Both the position numbers and the translations under genes were made by a program. A DNA stretch of 64,000 nucleotides, from NCBI RefSeq assembly GCF_009914755.1, contig NC_060936.1; one strand, 5' to 3'. Below are positions 55,393 through 64,000 of this stretch, piece after piece. Every line of letters starts with the position of its first letter. Position 1 is the first letter of the stretch. This stretch comes from the human T2T-CHM13v2.0 reference genome, Homo sapiens. The notes below the pieces were generated by a model. That model ran no database searches. It saw only the letters and a program-made list of their open reading frames with translations, and was not told the origin of the DNA.

Positions 55393-56699
55393 CCCATGGA
55401 TTTAGATCTTAAAGATATTGAAAGAATTTCAAGGGCTAGAGAACCAGCAAAAAGTGGAGGAAGAAAACTCTATTCAGCGGGCCTGGCTTGTGGACAGGGA
55501 GGACAAAGTATTTGAGAAATATCAAGTGGTTGAATTAGACTGGATCGCAAGGTTTGTGTATCAAAATAATAGGAGATAAAACTGAAAAGGAGAGAGAAGA
55601 TGAGATGAATTAAAGGGATTCTTTTAGGCTAGCACTTTAAATTTTACAAAGATCACATTTGAATTGAGGGATATAAAACGATAGAATTTAGGAAATGGGC
55701 ATTTCATGTACAAGAAGCTTGTGAGCATGGAACAGAAGTAGGAAAACCTATGCATTGCTCTTAATTCAGTCTGAGCTCAAACATCAAAGGCACACAACTT
55801 TCAAACCCAGTATAATGTAATAGGTGTCCTCATTCTTCTCCAAGCCCACCATGGAAACTTAGAAATCTAAGTCCTATGACTGCACTCATTTCTCTCCTCA
55901 TGACCCTTGGTATGTATATTTGTATTTTCTTACGGGACTCTTATTTAATAGTACAGTTTATTTTGTTAAATTTTAAATACAATGTTCTGTTTAGAAACAT
56001 AATGTTTATATAGAAAAATACTTTTCCTTTGTAATATAGCCTCTGATGATGCCTAGGATTAACGCTTACATTCTGTGATTAGACAAACAAAATCTTTCCT
56101 CATCCTCACCCTACACTCCCCACCATGCTCAGCAGTGAGCTCATCATGGTACTTTATCCATGGTTATAGAAGAATGTTCCTCACAGTTTTACTCACGAAT
56201 AAAGTTTCTGGTAATGTATTTTTATATGTTTAATCTTTGTTTGTTTTTAAAGTTTAATCTGCAATTCATAGTCTAAAATCTTCTTTCCACATGCTTATTA
56301 CATTAAATCTGTGATTAAATCTCTCCTCAAGAGATTTCATCTCCCTTAAGTTTTTTTTTTTTTTCTACCACTGGGAAACAATTCTAAGATTCCCACTGGG
56401 GCAATCTGACATGTATTGAGATCTACTCTTTGCTAATATACCTTACTGACCTTGACTCAAATATCTATTATTTATTGGTTTCCAAACTTCTATTTCACAG
56501 TTTATGGCCAGTAAGTGCTAGACTGACATTGGCATCTTAAACTTATTTTTCACCGTGACCACATTAGGAATGATGTATTTTTAAAATACAACCAGCAGAA
56601 AACGTTCATTTTAGTGACATATAATACTGAGACAAGGTTGTACTTCAAAAACAAAACAAAACAAAGCCCTAGTAGACAAGTTAAAAGCTGGTTAAAATA

Positions 56700-57004
56700 G
56701 GCCAGGCGCGGTGGCTCACACCTGCAATCCCAGCACTTTGGGAGGCCGAGGCGGGCAGATCACAAGGTCAGGAGATCGAGACTATCCTGGCTAACACGAT
56801 GAAACCCTGTCTCTACTAAAAAATACAAAAAAATTAGCCGGGTGTAGTGGCAGGTGCCTGTAGTCCCAGCTACTCGGAGAGGCTGAGGCAGGAGAATGGC
56901 GTGAACCCAGGAGGCAGAGCTTGCAGTGAGCAGAGATCGCGCCACTTCACTCCAGCCTGGGCGACAGAGCAAGACTGTGTCTCAAAAAAAAAAAAAAAAA
57001 AAAA
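56700..57004 (+). mobile_element. AluY, full length
   Basis: Y features; poly-A tail; 16-bp TSD aaaagctggttaaaat at a TT/AAAA site. Confidence 0.96.
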
Positions 57005-57529
57005 AAAAGCTGGTTAAAATTAATGGTCTTTGGGTTTTATAAAGGCTTAGTGACTGTATGAAATACACAGGGTGAACAACTTAGTAACAACAAGATATTT
57101 ATCCTATAAAATATGATCTATCATTTGCATAGATTTTTAAAAGTTTTATAGTTAACTGACAATAATTGTATATCAACTATAGTCATCATGCTATGCAATA
57201 GAACACCAGAATTTATTCCTCCTACCTAACTGAAACTTTATACCTTGACTAACATCTCCTTTTTCCTCAATTAACCCCTGCCTCCATCCTTTGGTAACAA
57301 CCATTCTACTCCCTGTGAGTTTAGTTTTTTTCCATACCACATATAAATGAAATCATATAGTATTTGTCTCTTTGTGACTGGCTTATTTTACATAACATAA
57401 TGTCCTCCAGTTTTATTCATGTTATTGCAAATGACAGAATTTTCTGTCTTTGAAAGGCTAAATATTATTCCAGTGTCTACTTACAGAATATTTTAAAAAT
57501 CCATTCATCTGTTGATGAAGATTTAGGTT

Positions 57530-58184
57530 TATATCTGGCAGAGATTTATTAGGAAGCTTATTATCATAGAGAATAAAAGCCATGAAAAGAAGAACTCACA
57601 TCTCCAAATTCTGGCAGTGGACTTTAACACTAGTTAGAAGCTAATAAACATTAAGGAGGTTTCGAGGGCAATCTTAACTAAGTCTCAATCTTGCTGACTA
57701 CCCACACACACAGAAATTATCCCAATGCTCTTCCCAGACTGCTTAGCTAGGCAGTGGAAAAGACCTTCTCCCCAAGCTTAAGCTATCACTCATCAGCAGG
57801 AGACTCCCACCCTTCTAGCTATGACTACAGGACACTTGTGCGTGACAGACAACTCCAAGCAGGGCAACTTGACAAGCATGCTGAACAAAGAAAGGGGAAG
57901 CAAACAGGAACAAGTGTTTCTAGTTGTAGACCCTCCTGATGGGTACTACTGACACAATCCTGAGGCATCAGAAAGTTTCCTACAGCCCACAAATAGTTTC
58001 CATTTCTTTTAAAAACAAGTCACACAACAATCCTGCCACAAAGCAACATGACGCTTGGAATCACATGGCCACATCAACTGGAAAAGCAAGCATTATCCAT
58101 GACTGTTAGATGCCACCCAGCCCAAGACCCAATTTCTGTAGTGCCCTAGAGAACCACGATTTTCCCCTGGCACCTACACATCCT
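57530..58184 (-). pseudogene. EIF4H: 5'-truncated retrocopy of an mRNA 3'UTR (resembles the EIF4H distal 3'UTR), inserted in L1MA
   Basis: Non-L1 block splitting contiguous L1 sequence (ttaggtt|...|catatcttg); minus-strand AATAAA at 57545-57550, ~15 nt from its end; ttcatggcttttattc...aagcttcctaataaatc..gccaga matches my memory of the EIF4H mRNA end (not database-verified). Confidence 0.62.
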
Positions 58185-59953
58185 ATCTTCTCATATCTTG
58201 ACCATTGAGAATAATGTTGCAATGAACATGAGAGTGCAGACAGCTCTCCAGCACACTGATTACAGTTCCTCTAGATATATATCCAGAAAGAGGATTACTG
58301 GATCATATAGTAATTCTATTTTTAGTTTTTTGAGGAAATTTCATACTGTTTTGCAAAATCACTGTACTAATTTACAATACCACCAACATGGTATAAGGGT
58401 TCCCCTTTCTCCACATTCTCAACAAGAGTTATTAACTTTCTTTTTTTTATAATAGCCAATGTAACAGGTGTGAGATGATATCTCAGTTGGTTTTAATTTA
58501 CATTTCCCCTATATTAGTAATGAGCATTTTTTATATATATTTATTGGTCATTATTATGTCTTCATTTGAGAAATGGCTATTCAAGTCCTTTGCCAATATT
58601 AAAATAGCTTTTTTTCTTGTTATTGAGTAGTATGAGTTCCTTGTATATTTTGGATCTTAGTTTCTTATCAGAAGTATTGTTTGCAAATATTTCTCCAATC
58701 TCCTTAATTTATTTCTTTTCCTCGCTATACTGAAGATTTTTTAGTATGATGAAATCCCATTTGGATATTTTTGCCTTTGTTGCCTGTACTTTAGGATCTT
58801 ATTCAAGAAATCACTGCCCAGGTCAGTGTCGTGGGGTCTTTTCCCCTGTTTTCTTTCAATAGTTTTATAATTTCAGGTCTTAAATGTAAGCCTTTAACAT
58901 ATTTTGAGTTGATTCTTGCAGAACAGATGAAATAACATTCATTTGTATCTTCTGAATGTAAATATCCAGTTTTTCCGAAACACAATTTATTGAATAGCCT
59001 GTCCTTTACTCATTGTGTGCTCTTGGCCCATGTGTCGAAAAATCAACTGACTGTAAATCTGCCAACTTATTTCTGGGCTCTTTATCCAGTTCCATTGGTC
59101 TATGTGTCTGTCTTTATGCCAATACCATACTGTTTTGAAAGTTAGCATAAGGAAAGAAATACAAAGATCAGAGCAGAAATAAATAAAATAGAGACTAGAA
59201 AAATGAAAGATCAATGAAATTAAGAATGTATTCTTTAAAAAAGCTAAGGAAAATTGACAAACCCTTACCTAGACTAAAAAAAGAGATAAGACTCAAAATT
59301 AGAAATGAAAGAGGAGACATCACAACTGGTAACATAAAATACAAGGGACCATAACAGACTACTATGAACAATTATACATCAACAAATTGGACAAAATAGA
59401 ATTAATGAGTAAATTTCTAAAAACATAAAACTACTGAGACTGAATCATAAAGAAATTAGAAATTAGAACAAACCCATAAGAAATAAGGAGATAGAATCAG
59501 TAATTAAAATTATCTTATCAAGGAAAAGCCGTAAACCAGATGGCTTCATGGCTGAATTCTACCAAACAATTAAAGAACTAATACCAATCCTGAAAATCTT
59601 TCAAAAAATTAAAAAATAGAGAATATTTCTAAGCTCATTTTATGAGATCAGCACTATTCTGATACTAATGCTAGACAAAGACACCACAAATAAAAGTACA
59701 GGCCAATGTCACTGGTGAATGTGGACGCAAAAATTATCAACAGAATACTAGCAGACTCGATTCAGCAGTACACTAAAAGAATAATTCACCTCAACCAAAT
59801 GGGATACAAGGTTGGTTCAACACATGCAAATCAATAAATGTAATTCACCATGTTAAGAAAATAAAGGCAAAACCCATATGATCATCTCAGTAGATGCAGA
59901 AAAGCATATGACAAAATTCAACATCCTTTCATGATAAAACCCCAACAAATTAA

Positions 59954-60258
<305 letters not shown>

Positions 60259-61634
60259 CCCAACAAATTAGGTATAGAAGCAATGCTTCTCAACACAATA
60301 AGGGCCATGTATGAAAAGCCCACAGCTAACATCATACTCAATGGTGAAAAATTAAAGGCATTTCCTCCAAGGTCTGCATGCCCACAAGTCAAGGATGCCC
60401 ACTCAGAAGAGTTCTGTTCAACATAGTCCTGGGAATCCTAGCCCAAGCAATCAGGCAAATAAATAAGCAAATAAATAAATAAAAGTTATCCAGATGTGAA
60501 AAAATAGGTGAAATTGTCTCTGTTTGCTGATGACCAAGTCTTAAATGTAGATAATCCTAAAGATTCCACCAAAAATCTGTTAGAGCTGATAAGCAGATTC
60601 AGTAAAGTTGCAAGATAATAAATCAATGTACAAAAATCAAAAATCAGTAGTGTTTCTATGAACTACTATGTGAACTACAATACTCTATGAACTACTTGTA
60701 AAATAAATTAGGCTAACAATCTCATTTATAATAGCATAAAAATACTTGAGTAAATTTAATCAAGGTGAAATTTAGACCTGTGAAAGATCTGTGAAAGATG
60801 ACACAAGAAGTGGAAAAATATCCTGTGTTCATGGATCGCAAGAATTGATATTGTTAAAATGTCCATACTACCCAAAGTGATATAAAGATTCAAGGCAATC
60901 TCTGTCAAAATTCTTCCAGAAGTAGAAAAAAAATTCAAAAGTTTGTATGAAGCCACTAAAGACCCAGAACAGCCAAAACAATCTTGACCAAAGAACAAAG
61001 CTGGAGGTATCACATTATTAGATTTCAAAATGTACTACAATGCTATAGAGACCAAAACAGCATGACATTGGCATTTGCATACATTTTAAACTTATCTATT
61101 TTAATAAACAAATTTATAATTAGTTACAATTTTAATCTATTGTTATATATGTGTGTACAAAAACAAAGCAAAATAAGCTCCCTTCATTATCTTAAGTATC
61201 AAAATGATTTTAGAGACAATGCAATATTTATATATTGCAACATACATAAAGTTCTCTTATATATTGCCACATATATAAAGTTCAAAAATAAATTTTGGAG
61301 ATTCATTTCTAACATGATAGAATGAGAAAGTCAATAAATGCACTCCCCCAAAAGCAACCATAAAGTTGGACAGAACTGTCAAATCAATAATTTCAATACT
61401 CTGGAAATTGACCAGTAACACTGAACAAGCTAAGAAGTTTTAATTCATCAAGACTATTGAGCTACAGGTGAGAGTAGATTGAAGTGCATGGTGTTCTTGC
61501 CTGGAGCTTTGTCCACCCTCCCTGCTCTGGTAGCATGCCAGGTTTAACTAGACACACAGACTATGAAAACCAGAAGTATTTCTGCCACTGCTAGAATGGT
61601 CTTACTTGACTTACTATTAATTCTACTTTTACAA

Positions 61635-62750
61635 ATCTACCTAAGATAAATGAAAACATATGTCCTCTTAAAGGTTTGTATGTGAATGCTCAAAGAAGCG
61701 TTATTTGTAAGAGCTAAAAAATTGAACAATTTCAAATACAGTAAGTCTTTCCTTAACATCATCAACAGGTTATTGGAAACTGTGACTTTAAGTGAAATTA
61801 TGTATAACAAAACCAATTTTACCACAGGCTTATCAATATAAAGAAGAGTGTTAATTTCCTGTGGCATAGCTCTGGCCACAAAAGCATCATGGTACTTCTA
61901 AATATAGATCAAAACCCTTCTTATATTAAATATTGAAATAAATGTGAGCTATATATACATTTAAGAAAGACTGATAAAAACCAGTAAGATAATTATTAAC
62001 CCAGGTATTCCACTTCAGGGTCATGGGTGGCTAAAACCTAACGCAGCTTAAGGCACAAGGTGGGAACCAGCCCTGGACAGGATGCCATCCCATCATAGGG
62101 CATACTGACACACGACCCCATACTCACACTGGGACCATTTTGACCCACTAATAAGCCTAACATGCATATCTTTGGGATGTGGGAGAAAACTGGAGTCCCT
62201 GGAAAAAACATATGCAGCTGTGGGGAGAATGTGCAAATTCCACAATGATACTGGTTTTATGCAGGAATTGATTTTTTTTTTTTTCTCATCAGTGTAATAA
62301 CAAAACAACATCAAATAAAATGAATGACGTTATTAAAGAAGCTGCTGTATCCTTTGACTGATGAATAAATAAACAAGATGTAGCATACGCATATAATCGA
62401 ATACTATTCATCAGTAAAAATGAATTAAAACAAATAAATACATATGCTACAACATGGACATATCTCAAAAACCACATGCCAAGTGAAATAAGCCAGACAC
62501 AACAGACTATAGTATGATTCAATTGGGGCCTAGGTAGGAATTATTTGCAAATGGGGTTGGGGAAAATTTTGAGGGTGATGGAAAAAAGTTCTAAAATGAG
62601 ATTATGCTAGTGGTTACATAACCCTATAAACTATAGAAATATAAACTATAAAAATATAAAAAACTATAAAAATTGTTGACTTATGTACTTGCCATGGATA
62701 CCTTTTAGAATATGTAAGTTATATCTAAAAAGCTGTACAAAATAAATTAA
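61635..62750 (+). mobile_element. L1MD/ME 3' region split by MER6A
   Basis: aaatgaaaacatatgtcc...aacaatttcaaata | tcctttgactgatgaataaataaacaa...tttgagggtgatggaaa. Confidence 0.75.
61739..62347 (-). mobile_element. MER6A (TcMar-Tigger) DNA transposon, full length
   Basis: TA-flanked cag...ctg termini; central tctttgggatgtgggagaaaactggagt...tggggagaatgtgcaaattccaca; ~610 bp. Confidence 0.9.
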
Positions 62751-62945
62751 AGTCAGAAAATAATCACTGTGCCAACTTAAAAAGTAGAATAATTACTAAA
62801 GAATAATAATTGCTAAAGTAATAATTACTAAAGAATCTTTATTCTTTAGTATTTAAATACATGGAATTATTAGAGATATATTTAATAAAGAAGAAAAAAC
62901 AATAAATCGATCTTGCAAAAAAAATTGATGTCACATTATTCCTCA

Positions 62946-63392
62946 TGTGAACCCCGAATATCTGAGACAGGTTTCAGTTAATTTAGAAAGTTTATTTTGC
63001 CAAAGTTAAGGACACATGCCCTTGACACAGCCTCAGGAGGTCCTGGGGATATGTGCCCAAGGTGGCTGGGGCACAGCTGGGTTTTTTATATTTTAGGGAG
63101 ACATGAGACATCAATCAATATGTGTAATGTGTACATTGGTTATATCAGGAAAGGCAGGACAACTCAAAGCAGGGAGGGGGCTTCTAGGTCACAGGTAGAT
63201 AAAAGAAGATTGCATTTTTTTGAGTTTCTGATTAGCCTTTTTAAAGGAGGCAATCAGATATGCATTTATCTCAGTGAGCAGAGAGAAGACTTTGAATAGA
63301 ATGGGAGACAGGTTTTCCCTAAGCAGTTCCCAGCTTGATTTTTCCCTTTAGCTTAGTGATTTTGGGGCCTCAAGATTTATTTTCCTTTCACA
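62946..63392 (-). mobile_element. MER4A1-like ERV1 solo LTR
   Basis: tgtgaaccccgaatatctgagacagg...caagatttattttcctttcaca; 4-bp TSD ctca/ttca. Confidence 0.9.
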
Positions 63393-64000
63393 TTCATAAT
63401 GAAATGTAGGTTACTTAGTTGACCTTTATTTTATGTTTTCAAACTGGAAAAAAGGGTTTAATTAGCTAGATTCACTTAACTGCAATAATTTTAGATGATT
63501 TAACGTATTATTAGAAAAAAATTTAAATATTTGGAATTCTTGTTAGTCATATTATAATAATATAATTTGAAGATTTTTTCTCTTCACTCCTTTTAATAAA
63601 TATTGCTTAAAAAACAAGTATAGTTATTTCAAAGATTGTGATGCAAAATTTAAGTCTGCCAAATACATCAACATTTATTTTGCTGGTATGTTAATGATAT
63701 TGAATGTGGTTTAAGGGAAATGCTTTTTGACCAAAGAGTCAGAGACTACAGAACATTCTGATTTTGAATGACCTCCCTAGAACTCTGATTTCTGCGTTAT
63801 TTAGAATACTGGTTGGGAGAGATGTTAGTGGTTCACATCAAATAAGTTTAGGAAGAATAGATTAGAGAAAGTTAAGCAGATATAGTTACTATGTTATTTG
63901 GATCGCAGATCTCCAAAGAGAAGATACAGTGTATAAAATTTATGTAATTTAATTGATAATAAAATATTGGCTATTGATAATAACTGAAGATGTGAATGAT

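Noticed and set aside
62090-62260. SINE-like, conserved-looking core
   Set aside because: It is the normal internal region of MER6A, not a separate RNA gene.

Overview
This is AT-rich, CpG-poor human genomic DNA, most likely a gene desert or a deep intron. The species call rests on an AluYa5 element carrying all five diagnostic bases. I find no credible protein-coding exon, tRNA, rRNA or CRISPR array; the ORF-track entries are chance ORFs, many running through Alu, L1 or LTR sequence. The window is a layered transposon record: about 11 Alus, L1MA/MB/MC/ME fragments, L2 and MIR, solo LTRs (MST, THE1, MLT1, MLT2A, MER4, LTR27/28-like, LTR33, LTR41) and DNA transposons (HSMAR2, Tigger3b, MER6A, Charlie1, MER5, MER33). 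The most notable structures are: (1) a 4-kb twin-primed (5'-inverted) L1MA insertion with its TSD still readable, hosting a ~655-bp mRNA 3'UTR retrocopy (EIF4H-like, from memory) and an Alu; (2) a ~95-bp inverted repeat around a ~285-bp spacer at 8360-8832; (3) an HSMAR2 mariner with an internal deletion and a 180-bp tandem duplication at the deletion junction; (4) a 50-bp dispersed direct repeat bracketing a motif-rich unique island; (5) a THE1 LTR with a microhomology-bounded internal inversion; (6) a perfect 60-bp tandem duplication; (7) a perfect DR1/double-NBRE motif. I see no evidence for a new multi-gene biological system. Repeat subfamily names come from recalled consensus sequences, not a database search, and boundaries of old elements are approximate.
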